Source of the DNA: Eledone cirrhosa
Taxonomy: Eukaryota
Direction of reading: 5' to 3'
Assembly (NCBI GenBank): GCA_964016885.1
Contig: OZ024755.1
Coordinates: 4,588,001-4,652,000 of the forward strand
Length of the DNA stretch: 64,000 nucleotides
The notes below the pieces were generated by a model. It was not told the origin of the DNA. It was given only the letters and a program-made list of their open reading frames with translations, and searched no databases. This document shows, one piece after another, positions 50,441 through 64,000 of this stretch (the first letter of the stretch is position 1; each line of letters begins with the position of its first letter). The position numbers were made by a program, and so were the translations under genes.

Positions 50441-51624
50441 AAAGTAGAAATAAGGATTATCTTTAGTATACGGTATCTGTTTTATGAACCCCAGAAGGAT
50501 GAAAAGCTAAGTTAACTACGACACAATTTGTAAAGATAACCAGTTAAACACTGTATTGTATTTAGTCCCTATGGCTACTAGTAGCTACTATTTGTATAGC
50601 AGCAGCAGCAGTATTAGTGGTAGTAGTAGTAACAGTAGTGATTGTAATGTTTTCTAACATAAACACAAAGTCGGATATTTTTATTTTTAGGTTGAGTGAA
50701 GTTGAAACTAACCTCATTGTTTGACTAGTAGCTTCCATTGCTCCACCGTGTAATAAAATACTTTAAAATCATTTACTGTGTCATTATGCTGCCCCTACAT
50801 CCCGTCCCTCACCTAACGTTGCTCTATTAATAATAGTAATAATAATAATAATAATGGTTTCTTTATTGGCCACAAGGGCTAACATGAAGAAAAACATTAC
50901 AGACGGCACAGAACGGTACAGGACAATACAAAGTGGGTTTTGGCCGTGTAAAAAAAAAAGGTTACAACGACAACAACGACAACAATAATAATAATAATGA
51001 TCTAAACTATAATAAATAGTAATCGGTGGATAGATTACGAGCAAAACCAACCTGCAGGAGACTCAGGGGTAGACCCTGAGTTTGGCTGGTCACGCTTGGG
51101 GATGTGGAGACGTTTGCTTATGACAGGACCCACTGGAAGGAGTGTTTGAGGACTCTGTCACCCCCACCCCCCACCCCTGTCCCAACACTTTCGGGGGGCG
51201 GGGGTAAGTGAGTGAAGTAATAATAATACTAGTAGTAAAATGTGAATCCTAAACTGAAGGCTTATTCAGGTCAATCTATATTTACTGGTGTTAATTGATA
51301 GGAAGAGAAAATGAGAAGAATTGATGTTTACTGACAAATCAATAGATATTTTTATTATGGACTTTACCTATTATTGGTTTTGGTCAACTGATTGCAGCCA
51401 TGCTGGGAGCGGCTCTGCTTTCAAGGGTTTAATCAATCATATCTTTTTGCCCAGCAGCTGAGCTCATGCTGATATCCATTCATCGTTGAAACAGCATCAG
51501 CTCAGCTGTCGGACACTAACTATTTACAATACATACGCTACACTTTCCCAAATATTGAGTATTTAGTTGAACATGATCTTACTGGTCTAAACTGGCCACT
51601 TCCAATATATATATATATATATAT

Positions 51625-51895
51625 ATTTATTAAAATAACAGATTAAAGTTTAAGCAAAGAATCGCTGCTTTCACCCTTAACGGGATCTTCTGAAACTAAC
51701 AAAGTCAATCTGTGAACGCAGAAGTAAATATTTCAAAAAACGTTGCAGCCGGAGGAAGTCGGGAAGACGATACTTTGGTTAGTTTTAGGTATGTTTTCCT
51801 GCTTGGTACGGGTATGTTCTTCGTAGAAATATTCAGATGTTGTTTCTGCCTGATGAATATGTCAATAGAGTGCTCAACCGAGGGAGCCAAATAGT
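51625..51895 (-). mobile_element. Penelope-like element fragment between (TA)n tracts
   Basis: Frame LNISTKNIPVPSRKTYLK resembles the S.KNIP.PS...Y N-terminal motif of Penelope-like ORFs. The adjacent CAGAAGA-UCCC(guuaa)GGGU-GAAA is a hammerhead-like remnant; the same end occurs at about 21040-21100. Confidence 0.5.
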
Positions 51896-51929
51896 AATAT
51901 ATATATATATATACTAACTAAGAACATAG

Positions 51930-52610
51930 ATTTTACATGTGGCCGGTGCTCTGGTGCAATAAGTAGCAGCAAGTGCCCACAAACTACTAGCTCTTTCAAT
52001 TGCGCAGAGGGTTCTATAGAAATAGTGGACAGCTTCCGTTACCTGGGCGATAAAATCAGCAGTGGGGGAGGGTGCTCTGAAAGTACTGTAGCTAGAGTCA
52101 GAACTGGTTGGAAAAAGTTCAGAGAGCTTATACCACTATTAGCTGCTAAAGGGTTCTCACTAAAAATGAAAGGCAGGTTGTACGATGCCTGCATACGAAC
52201 AGCAATGCTGCATGGCAGTGAGACCTGGGCATTGTGTGCAGAGGATATACGCAGACTAGAGAGGAACGAAGCTTGCATGCTCCGCTGGATGTGTAACAGT
52301 AATATACGTGAACGGCAAAGCATAAACGAACTAAGGAATAAATTAGAGATAAGAGGGATCAGATGTTGTTTACTCGAGAGAAGGCTACGTTGGTATGGAC
52401 ACGTGATGCGCATGAAAGTCGATAGCTGTATAACAAAGTGCAGGGCAATAAAGATAGACGGTAGTCACGGAATAGGCAGACCTAGAAAAACCTGGGACGA
52501 GCTGATAAACTCCGACATCACACACTTACACCTCTCCAAGACAATGTCACTGGACCGAGACCTTTGGCGGTACTCAGTAACAGAGAAGACCCGCCTTACC
52601 TAAATATATA
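51930..52610 (+). mobile_element. RTE LINE, 5'-truncated, C-terminal RT region (192-codon open frame)
   Basis: VDSFRYLG...ARVRTGWKKFREL.P.L...KGRLYDACIRTAMLHGSETW...MLRWMC...[11 protein letters not shown]...GRPRKTW...DRDLWR. Confidence 0.9.
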
Positions 52611-53173
52611 GTAAAACCTACTCCAGCCAGTAGGCATCTCTAACAAAATACACCCCGTCCCACCACCCCCACCCCCACCCGATCCACACCACCCCGTTCT
52701 ATGTAAAGTTATGTTGGTGCCGCGCCATCGAGGCCGAAACAAATGAGATCGTGTAGGTGTCACGACAAAAAAACACACAGTCCACGCTGTAATGTGGCCG
52801 TGTAGGCAACACGGTAAAAACCTCCCAGACCCACACTGTAAATGTGGTTGGTGTTAGGAAGGGCATCCAACTGTAGAAAACCTGCCAGACAGTCCTATGC
52901 GAGCAAGACAATCACTCTTGCCTCAAGTGGGACTACCCCCGTCCAAACCCATGCAAGCGTGGAACACGGACGTTAAACGTTGATGATGATGATGATGATG
53001 ATGATATATATATGAAGGTCATCCAGCCATAGAAAACTTGCCAAACAAAGAGTAGGAGGACCCTCAGTTGTGTCAAAGGCATGAAAACCTACTATCATCA
53101 TCATCAGGTTTAGCGTCCGTGTTCCACGCTTGCATGGGTTTGGACGGGGGTTTTCCCACTTGAGGCAAGAGTC

Positions 53174-53227
<54 letters not shown>

Positions 53228-53263
53228 TTCAAAATATTAACAAAATATTCTTGTGATCAATTA

Positions 53264-53330
53264 TATTTTATTATACACATTTCAGAGGTACTGAGTTAAG
53301 TTTAACAGTACGTCCTCATCAGATAAAATA
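53264..53330 (-). ncRNA. Type I minimal hammerhead ribozyme (copy B1)
   Basis: UAUUUUAU-CUGAUGA-GGACGUACUG(UUAAACUUAACU)CAGUACCUCU-GAA-AUGUGUAU-A-AUAAAAUA. Confidence 0.75.
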
Positions 53331-53599
53331 GGATGATGCATGACATACCCTGAGATAGTAGATGGTTAAGATTCAGTGATGGTAGTGATTAACTTATGAC
53401 AAAACTCAATATTTATACCCTAATATTGAGAACATGAGATAATATAATACAAACAATAGAGAGGGTGTGTGTAATAGAGTGTAAAAAATACATGGCATCA
53501 ATATAACAGTTAAAGCACTCAACCCTTTCTGTTGAGTGCTTCCAATCTATTGTAAAACTCATTCTTTGATGTATTCATTAAACCTTGTTTAACTTTTAA

Positions 53600-53671
<72 letters not shown>

Positions 53672-54311
53672 TCAACATAAAAAATGGATGAGTTGCAAAA
53701 TGTTGAGTGCTTTTCCTACTATTACATCATGGTTAATTATACGGAATGACCAGTTCTATCCAGTGGTGAACCACCAAACCTAAATGTATATGTATACACA
53801 TTTTGATTACCTGTTGAGGCAATATTTATTAGAATGGTGTTGAAGTGTGTATAGATTTTTTGGAACACCCTGTGTGTGTATATATATATATATTTGGAGG
53901 CACATGGCTTAGTGGTTAGAGCATTGGCCTTGCAATCGAAAGGTTGTGAGTTCAATTCTCAGACTGGGTGATGTGTTGTTTCCTTGAGCAAGACACTTTA
54001 TTTCACATTGCTCCAGTTTACTCAGCTGTAGAAATGAGATGATAGGGACTGGGGTCCCTATCATTCAACTGTCAAGTGGTCATGGAGGTGCCATGGCAAA
54101 AAAGCACCCAGCACTCACTGTAAATGAGGTTGGTGTTAGGAAGGGCATCCAGCTGTAGAAATCAAGCCAGAATCAGTTCCCGTCCCACCCTTGCAAGCAG
54201 GGACAAGCGGACGTAAAATGAAATGATGATGAATGATGATGATATATATATATATATATATATATATTAATTCAAAATATTAACAAAAATAGACATTCGT
54301 GTGATCAAGTA

Positions 54312-54378
54312 TATTTTATTATACATATTTCAGAGGTACTGAGCTATCTTCAACAGTACGTCCTCATCAGATAAAATA
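54312..54378 (-). ncRNA. Type I minimal hammerhead ribozyme (copy B2)
   Basis: UAUUUUAU-CUGAUGA-GGACGUACUG(UUGAAGAUAGCU)CAGUACCUCU-GAA-AUAUGUAU-A-AUAAAAUA. Confidence 0.75.
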
Positions 54379-54698
54379 AGATGCTGCATGACATACTCTG
54401 ACTTAGTAGATGGTTAAGATAACTGTTGAGTGCTTCCAATCTATTGTAAAACTCTTTCTTTGATTTATTCATTGAACCTTGTTTAACCTTTAAATATATA
54501 TATATATAGATTTAATACAATAACAGAGATAGTTTAAAGCTAAACTCTGACTGGTAACCATCTCACTCAACAAACATTAGGTTATATTAAAATATAAACC
54601 CAATTTAAGTGTTTGGGGTGCTAACAATATGTATAATGTGGAAAAGCCAGTTGTATTATTTTATGAGATATAATTAAAGTTAAAGTATATCTCTCTTA

Positions 54699-54743
<45 letters not shown>

Positions 54744-54841
54744 GAAAATATAGAAATTATTGTGAGCTAGAAGCCAATAGTATTTCATAATATATATGTG
54801 ACTATAACGTCAAAATGGAAAAATAACATGCTCATCATACG

Positions 54842-55670
<829 letters not shown>

Positions 55671-56621
55671 TACACCCCCTCCTCTGCCTCACCATGAAAT
55701 AAGGAAGAATTGTTGATAGTGTTCTGGTGATACTGTGACACCTTATAAGAGAACTTCTAAAAATAGATCTCGTTAGTAGAGAGAGAGACAGGGAGTTAGT
55801 AGAGAGAGAGACAGTGAGACAGACAGAGAGTGAGTGAGAGTGGGTGAGACTGAGTGAGAGAGAGACAGTGAGTGAGAGTGGGTGAGACTGAGTGAGTGAG
55901 ACAGACAAGTCAGAAAATAGGTCGGAAAACAAACAAAAAATCCAGTTTTTTTTAAATAAAAGGGATAGGTAGGTCGTGGGTGGAGAGGGGGGGGGCTCAT
56001 GTGTTGTTTTTTTTAAATTTCAGTTTTATTTTTTTTGTATCAAATTCCAAATTAAAACTAAACTGAAAAAAAAACCCAAAGAAAAAAACTGAAGTATTTA
56101 AAAACATTAACTATAATGGTTTCTAATATAGGCACAAGGCCAGCAATTTTGGGGGAGGGGAAAGTCGATTAAATCGACTCCAGTGCGTGACTGGTACTTT
56201 ATTTTTTCGACCCCCGTAAGGATGAAAGGCAAAGTTAACCTCGGCGGGATTTGAACTCAGACCATAAAGGGCCGTAACTCTTTGCTGCAAAGCATGGCGT
56301 CAGACCCTCTACTGATACTGCCACAGTGCACCAGCATGGCCTCAACCAGTCGGCTGGAACATGTAAAAGAGTAAAGAGTATAGAAACATTACCGCCACCC
56401 AAAAAATGTTTCAATTTAAATCAATAAATTTGATCATTTTTTTTTTTTCTATTAAATTTCAATTCATGCCAGGATTTTGATTTAAAACAAAACAAAATTT
56501 AGAATTTGGTTTCTCTCTGCCACCGCTAGAACAAAAGGATGACAATGGTCATCTAAAAACCATAGTGTAATGAGGCTGTTTGCTTGCAAACAAAACAAAT
56601 ATTATTATTTGATATAATATA

Positions 56622-57180
56622 GGGCGGTGGATTGGCAGTATCGGTGGAGGGTCGGACGCCATGCTTTCCAGCATAGTTACGTCCCTTTACGATCTGAGTT
56701 CAAATCCCGCCAAGGTTGACTTTGCCTTTCATCCTTATGGGGTCGATAAAATAAAGTACCAGTAATGCACTGGGTAATTGCTGGCCTTGTGCCTAAAGTA
56801 GAAACAATTATTTGATATAAAACTAAAATATAGGTGAATTGGCAGTATCAGTAGAGGGTTGGACGCCATGCTTCTAGCATAGTTACGTCCCTTTGCAGTC
56901 TGAGTTCAAATCCCGCCAAGGTTAACTTTGCCTTTCATCCTTACGGGGTGGATAAAATAAAGTACCAGTAATGTACTGGGTAATTGATGGCCTTGTGCGG
57001 TGGATTGGCAGTATCGGTAGAGGGTCATGCCATGCTTTGCAGCATAGAATTACGCCCCTTTATGATCTGTGTTCAAATTCCTCCAAGGTTAACTTTGCCT
57101 TTCATCCTTACGGGGTCGATAAAATAAAGTACCAGTCACGCACTGATTGCTGGCCTTGTGCCTATATAAGAAACCATTAT
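56622..57180 (+). mobile_element. Three tandem copies of the abundant tRNA-derived SINE family 1
   Basis: A-box tggcagtatcgg, B-box gagttcaaatccc, core ttgcctttcatccttacggggtcgataaaataaagtaccag. Other copies at about 632-740, 16635-16815, 17172-17277, 18660-18778, 19332-19515, 27008-27180, 31115-31230, 34725-34838, 36428-36607, 41027-41190, 56118-56330, 59236-59417 and 63635-63765. Confidence 0.85.
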
Positions 57181-58206
57181 TTGATATAAAACTCACAAAT
57201 ACATTTTTTTTTTAATCTTTATTTCAAGTTCTACAGATTAGGTTGCTGTTATATCTAATAGATAGACAGCAAATTGACTGAGTTGTTAGAACGTTGGATA
57301 GAATGGTTTGCTGTATTCATTTCAGCTCTCTGCTCTCTGAGTTCAAATCTAAACTATAATAAAGTAAGGAGTGTGGGACTGCATCCAGAATATCATTTTT
57401 TATCCCGTTAGTAAAATAAGTTGGATTACTTTGAATAAATAATGAATGAATATTACATAATTTATCTACTAAATTTCGTGGCTGTTCATTAAATATATTT
57501 TATTACTTATTTAAAGATTCACTTCTTTAAAATGTTCAAATGTCAACACTTCTGGTTAGCGATCGCTTAAATAAACATTCATTGTTTCACACTAATTTTC
57601 TCCTAATGCAGTTTATATATAATATCGTCTATTTTTAATGTACCATGGATTACGTTACTGATTACATAAGACAGTGTAACGCAGTCTTTGTTCAATTTCT
57701 GTCTATATTGTCAATTATAATTTTATTTGATGTATCATATCTACATGTATATATACCTGCGTATAATATCAATATACACACTACACATGCTAGCAGAAAA
57801 CCACCCGGAGGGTGATCGAGAAAGTATCAGTTTAGTACTGGAGTCGATTCACCTATTCAAGATTGATAAAAGAAAGTACCAGTCTAATACTGGGGTCGAT
57901 TCTTCCTCTATATCTCTTGCTCACATCCATTCTCTCACTCACTCTGTCCTTCTCTGGAAGAAGTCTGCTGTGTTCAGACTTGGAGAGGAGATGGGCTCTT
58001 CCAGGTTTTAAAAAGTGCTCTAGAAGCATTGTATGTCAATATGACATCCCGCGACTCCCTCGGGAGTTACGGGGCCATGCATGTATATACCTAGTAGATC
58101 AAGTTAATACACTGAGGCTTATTAGTCCACTGGTTATATATCTTCAATTGTTAAACCTTGGTATTTCCATAATCACTAGAACATTGCACAAAACTCCTTA
58201 GGGCTT

Positions 58207-58706
58207 AAAGGGTCTCAAACTGAAGGACTCAAAATCCCCAAGATACCATTATGTCCTGGGTCAGAGTCACAGTGGGCCAAACGTGAGATGGGGGAGGCAT
58301 AATTTCTACCTGTTATAATGCTAATGATCTAAAATAGGCTGCTTTTTATTATTTATTTCAACTTTATAAATAAACATATGATAGTAAGTGGAATATGTGA
58401 ATTAGTACAAAATGTAGAGGGACAAATTTTCTGTTTCAAATTTTCCTTAATTTTCTTTCTATAAGCACCAGCTTGGTGAACCTTCAGGCTAAAGACAGGC
58501 TTTAACCCTGCAATGGATTGGTATCCTGTCCAGCGGAGAGTCTTGTACTCTATCATTTCACACCAAAGAAACTGGAATAAGCACCAGGTCCAAGACAGAC
58601 TTCAGAGGGTCAAATCACTAAGTTTTAGGAAAATAATTAGTTATAAAAATTATTCTGCAGTGGGCCATACGAAAGCAGTTTGTGGGTTGCATGTTTGAGA
58701 CCCCTG
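58207..58706. mobile_element. hAT (Charlie-like) MITE with a nested SINE fragment
   Basis: TIRs aaagggtctcaaac / gtttgagacccctg; SINE 3' module at about 58490-58605. Confidence 0.6.
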
Positions 58707-59879
58707 CTTTAAAGTATTTCTTTTGTCAACTTATGAGGGTTGATAAAATAAAGTACCAGTAACACAGTGGGGTCGATTTAATCGACTTTCCCTACCCCTT
58801 ACCTTCAAACTTTCTGGCCTTGTGTCAAAAGAAGAAACAATTATCATAGTAGTAGTGGTGGTGGTGGTGGTACTGGTGGTGGTGGTGTTAGTAGTAGTGG
58901 TGGTGGTGGTACTGGTAGTAATTGTGGGGAGACAGTGGTAGTAGTAGTGTTAGTGTTAGTAGTAGTGGTGGTGGTGGTGGTGAGAGAGACAGTGGTAGTA
59001 CTGGTAGTGGTGGTGGTGGTGAGAGAGACAGTGGTAGTACTGGTAGTGGTGGTAGTGGTGAGAGAGAGACAGTGGTAGTACTAGTGGTAGTGGTGGTGGT
59101 GAGAGAGGCAGTGGTAGAGGTTTAACTAATGTGACTTGCTCTATATATAATCAACCTCTCTATAATGTAAGTTAATATCTGAACGACATCTTTGTATTTT
59201 CATCAGCTGCAGTTGTTGATAGAATAATAATATAATTGTTTCTACGTTAGGCACAAGGCCAGCAAATACCCAGTGCATTACTGGTACTTTATTTTATCGA
59301 CCTCGTAAGGATGAAAGGCAAAGTTAACCTCGGCGGGATTTGAACTCAGAATGGCAAGGGCCGTAACTCTATACGTCAAAGCATGGCGTCCGACCCTCTA
59401 CCCTTACTGCCAATCCATATAATGATAATAATGAGCAACAGTGAAGAAGTGATGGAATTCATTCTCTCTTCTCTCTCCTTCCCTCTTCACTCTCCACTCT
59501 CTCTTCCTCTCCTTCCACTCTTCTCCTCCTCTCCCCTTATCTGCCCCCCTCCCAACCCCTCTCTACTCATCACCCCCTTCTTTCTACTCTCCTCCCCATC
59601 CCCTTATCTCTACTCTCCTCTTCACTCCCTCCCCCACTCTCTTCTCTCCTCCCCTCCTTTCTCCCTCCTTACTCTACTCTCTCCTCCCCTCCTTTCTCCC
59701 TCCTTACTCTACTCCCTCCTCTCCTCCCCTTCTCTCCACCCCTTCTCTCCACTCTCCCTTCCTCCTTACTCCCCCCACCACCATTGGATCTGTTCCAGAG
59801 TCTATATCACAGGTAGCAGTGATCGTTGAGCCAAACACTTCAACAATTGAAGTGTCGCGTCTACTTCTGTGAGTCTAAA

Positions 59880-60180
59880 GATGCTGGGTAATTATATAGG
59901 ACAGGGGGTGGGTGGGTAGTTGTTGGGGTTGCTGGGTCATTATATAGGACGGGGGTGGGGTAGTTGTTGGGGATGCTGGGTCATTGTATAGGACAGGAGT
60001 GGGGGGGGGGGGTATTGTTGGGAGGCTGGGTCATATAGGATGGGGGTAGTTGCTGGGTCATTATATTGGACAGGGGGTGGGGGTAGTTGTTGGGATGCTG
60101 AGTCATTATATAGGATCAGGGGTGGTGGATAATTATTAGCTATTGGAGATGTTGGGTCATCATATAAGACAGGGGGGGGT
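59880..60180. repeat. Degenerate G-rich tandem repeat, about 45-50-bp unit
   Basis: gctgggtcattatataggacagggggtggggtagttgttgggat units. Confidence 0.75.
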
Positions 60181-60464
60181 ATATATCACCATACCACAGT
60201 CTCTCTCTCTCTGTATCACCACACAAGTCTCTCCCTCACACAAAAGGTCAGGAGATTAATACAGTTACATATCCAAAGTAAATTAGAAATGAGCAATAAG
60301 TTATTTTTATAATGTCAAAGTGTTTTGCATGTGTTAATTAGTTGAGTTAATCTCTTATTGCTAATTGTAGATTATAGTCAATAGTACTTAGTCACCTTAA
60401 AACGTATTTCTTTTAGTTGTTTATTTAAAGTGTTAAAATTACAGGTTTCTTGCTGCTTCTATAA

Positions 60465-60790
60465 GTGTTAGAGGTTTCCTGCTACTTCTATAGATACTAG
60501 AGGTTTCCTGCAACTTGTATAGATGCTAGATATTTACTGCTACTTCTATAGATACTAGAGGTTTGCTGCTACTTCTATAGATATTAGAGGTTTCCTGCTA
60601 CTTCTATAGATACTAGAGGTTTCTTGCTACTTCTATAGATACTAGAGGTTTCTTGCTACTTCTATAGATACTAGAGGTTTCTTGCTACTTCTATAGATAC
60701 TAGAGGTTTCTTGCTACTTCTATAGATACTAGAGGTTTCCTGCTACTTCTATCGATGTTACAGTTAGATGTTTTCTGCAACTTCTATAAG
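60465..60790. repeat. Minisatellite, 29-bp unit tagaggtttcttgctacttctatagatac
   Basis: About 10 units. Confidence 0.92.
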
Positions 60791-62166
60791 TGGTAGTATT
60801 ACATGTTTTTTGTTATGTCTACAAACATAGAGGCCTACTGTATTTTATCAGAACAATTTTCAAGTTTATTTATTACAATGTTCACAACACCAAACTCAAC
60901 ACTACATGTTACACCCCCACCCTCAAACACTACATGTTCACCACTCCACAAATTTTCTTCAAATACTATTTGGTTGTCTTCAAAATGGTTCAATATTGAG
61001 GATCAAAAGCAGCAGACTAGCCAGAGTTAGTGTCCTAGTTACTGGTAAATATATTAAAATGGTGATAAGATGGGAACACTCTTCTCTTTGATTGGTTGTT
61101 GTTGTTGTTGTTGTTTATCTCCAGGTCAGTCCTGATCAAGCAAACCTATGATCAAAGGTGTTTTAGCTGTTACCATAAAACTAATTTCAGAAACACCACT
61201 CCAACCTAGGTACATAGTCTGTCATCCTCACTCCTTCCCCTTTCTTTCTCCTGTGGCCTAATAGCCCTTGCTCTTTCCCTCCTTTTCTTCACATTTATGG
61301 TATTTATAGTCCTTTCCTCTATTTACCTCTACAGCCAGATCTGACCTTCTTTACCCCTTCCCCTTTGTTTTTCTGTTACTTAATTTTGTTTTTTTATCTT
61401 TTTTAATATTTCCATTATTGTATAACTTTGGTTTGTAAAATATAGTTGGCATAATAAAGCCATAGTGTATATATCATAAAATAATAAGAAATAAATAAGT
61501 TTCAAAGTTTCTAAGACTTTACTTATTGTTAAAGAATCTGATTGATATGTTAGTCTTTGTTTTGAGTTCAATCCCTGGTAACATATGGAGGTTGTGGGCC
61601 ACAAACCAACGAGACAAGCATAAAAAAAATATCTGAGGTTAGATATTTCATTCCCATGTCCCAAACCAGTTTGATCAAGTCAAAAGAGAGAAAGAAAGAG
61701 AGGGAAAAAAAAAAACGGTTCACAACTAGTTTTCAAGCATTATTTTACTGTTAGAAACAATTATTTTACTGTTTTATTTTGTCAATATCTTTGCTTGTAA
61801 TACAAACATAGACACACACACGTGTAATAGACAAATACACTTAGACATATCATCATCATCATCATTGTTTAACATTGGCTTTCTCTCCTCGCTATTAAAC
61901 TTACTCTCACACACATGCTCACATGAATATGTAAATGTGTATATGATAATTTCTTTATTTTGCCACCTAAATGAATGTACATATAATATTATGTGTGTAT
62001 GTATGTATATAAATATATAATTTATGCTTATATCTATCTAGGGCGGGTAAAATTCCCAAGATCCCTGGACGAGTTCTCTCCAGTGGTCTCTGTCCCTCAT
62101 CATCGCTGTCATGTCCTTCATCTCAGTATGTGCAAAAAGATTTTGCTACATAAGTATATATATATG

Positions 62167-62241
<75 letters not shown>

Positions 62242-62482
62242 TACGGTCTTTTTACAAAATGAAAAAAAAAAAACCAGACGTCCTACACAAGTGAAAGTAT
62301 AAAGAAAAAAGATGAAATCGAAAATTCAACTGGAGTCTTTTTAAGAATATTTATTTGATTCCTTTACCACAAACCCTCCATATCAATTCTACTTTTGAAA
62401 AGCACAAGAACTGCGAAACCGGTAAAGGAACCAAATAAATATTCTTAAAGACTCCAGTTGCATTTTCGATTTCATCTTTTTT

Positions 62483-62521
<39 letters not shown>

Positions 62522-62694
62522 TGTTAGGAAGGGATTCCAGCTGTAAAAAAAAACCTGCCAGAGACACTTCCGTGCCAGCGAGACATGGTCTCCCGACCAT
62601 TCCCGCATCAAATGGAACAAAACTGTCTAACCCATACTAGCGTGGAAGATGGACGTTAAACGATGATGATGATGATATATATGTATGTATATGA

Positions 62695-62725
<31 letters not shown>

Positions 62726-62879
62726 TGTCATCATCATCATTTTTACATCCGCTTTTCCCGTCTAACCCATGCTAACATGGAAGAACGGACGTAAAACGGT
62801 GATGATGATTTTTCCCTGCTTGCAAGGATGGGACAATATATCGCAATAACTGCTATATATTTATGTATGTATATATGTA

Positions 62880-62915
<36 letters not shown>

Positions 62916-62917
62916 TG

Positions 62918-62957
<40 letters not shown>

Positions 62958-64000
62958 AAGTCTAAAGTCAAAATATAGACCAGTTTTCTCCATTGTAATC
63001 AACTACACATATCATTTTTATCATTATCTTTTTAATCTTGTGTGCCTGGACTACACATGCCTCGGTTGACAGTTAGGAATTTCACTGCCACCACCACCAC
63101 TACTAGCACCTCCACTACTACCACCACCACTACCGCCTCCACTACTACCACAACCACCACCACCACTACTACTACCACCACCACCACTACTAGCACCTCC
63201 ACTACTACCACCACTACCACCTCCACTACTACCACAACCACCTCCACTACTACCACAACCACCACCACCACTACTACTACTACCACCACCACCACTACTA
63301 GCACCTCCACTACTACTACTACCACCACTACCACCTCCACTACTACCACAACCTGCACCACTTCTACTACTAGCACCTCTACTACCACTACAACCACCAC
63401 CACCACCTCCACTACTACCACCACTACAACCACTACCAGCACCTCTACTACTACTACTACCACCATCACCTCCTCCTCTACTACCACTAACAGCAGCTCT
63501 ATCATCTCCACTACTACTACTACTTCATTTGTATATCAAAGCAATAATATATCATTGTATATATACAGTACAACATATACTTGTAGGTGACATAACTACA
63601 CAAAGTAAATACTGTATATACTCAAATATAAGCCAGGGGCCAGTTTATTAAATCGACCCCAGTGCATTACTGGTGCTTTATTTTATCGACCCCCTGAGGA
63701 TGAAAGGTAAAGTTGAACTCAGAACTCAAAGCATGTTGTCCAACGCTCTACCAATCCTGCTAATCCGAACTGGTAATCTATGTAGAACACTCCAGTACTT
63801 ATTCTAACAGAATGGCCATCACCAATCATAACTGACATCTAAACAAGGTAGACTGGCTGTGTTCTTTATACACGGTAGCTTCACAGTTTCTAACACTTAA
63901 TATACACTGGCCACTGTAACATCTATGTCACTTCCTCTTCAATTCTAATGTTCACTAAATGAATCTTATAAACACTGCAAAGGCTGATAGTTCAGACAAT

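Noticed and set aside
52025-52603. Host gene or active LINE ORF
   Set aside because: This is only the C-terminal part of an RTE ORF; it lacks the endonuclease and the RT catalytic core, so it is a 5'-truncated copy.
59383-59829. 148-aa Pro/Ser/Leu-rich ORF
   Set aside because: It starts inside a SINE and reads through a CT-rich low-complexity tract.

Overview
AT-rich, repeat-dense animal genomic DNA. The SINE, MITE and microsatellite landscape looks like a coleoid cephalopod (octopod); this taxon call is inference. Three spliced protein-coding genes were reconstructed by hand. (1) GAS8/DRC4 is complete on + (10 coding exons, 371-10922, 482 aa, all introns phase 0) with an RFX/FOX-type ciliary promoter. 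(2) MRPL42 is complete on - (6 coding exons, 18103-11672, 138 aa) and convergent with GAS8. (3) Only the first coding exon of a MYLIP/IDOL-type FERM E3 ligase is present on + (39895-39987); I found no next exon in the remaining 24 kb. The rest is tRNA-derived SINEs, 3' fragments of CRE, RTE and Tx1 non-LTR elements, piggyBac, hAT and mariner MITEs, Helitron-like and Penelope-like fragments, and many mini- and microsatellites. The most notable non-gene signals are four intact-looking type I hammerhead ribozymes arranged as two direct-repeat pairs about 1.0-1.25 kb apart, all antisense to the putative MYLIP intron, and a perfect 576-bp spacerless palindrome centred on a (TA)n tract. All family names come from my recognition of motifs, not from database searches.
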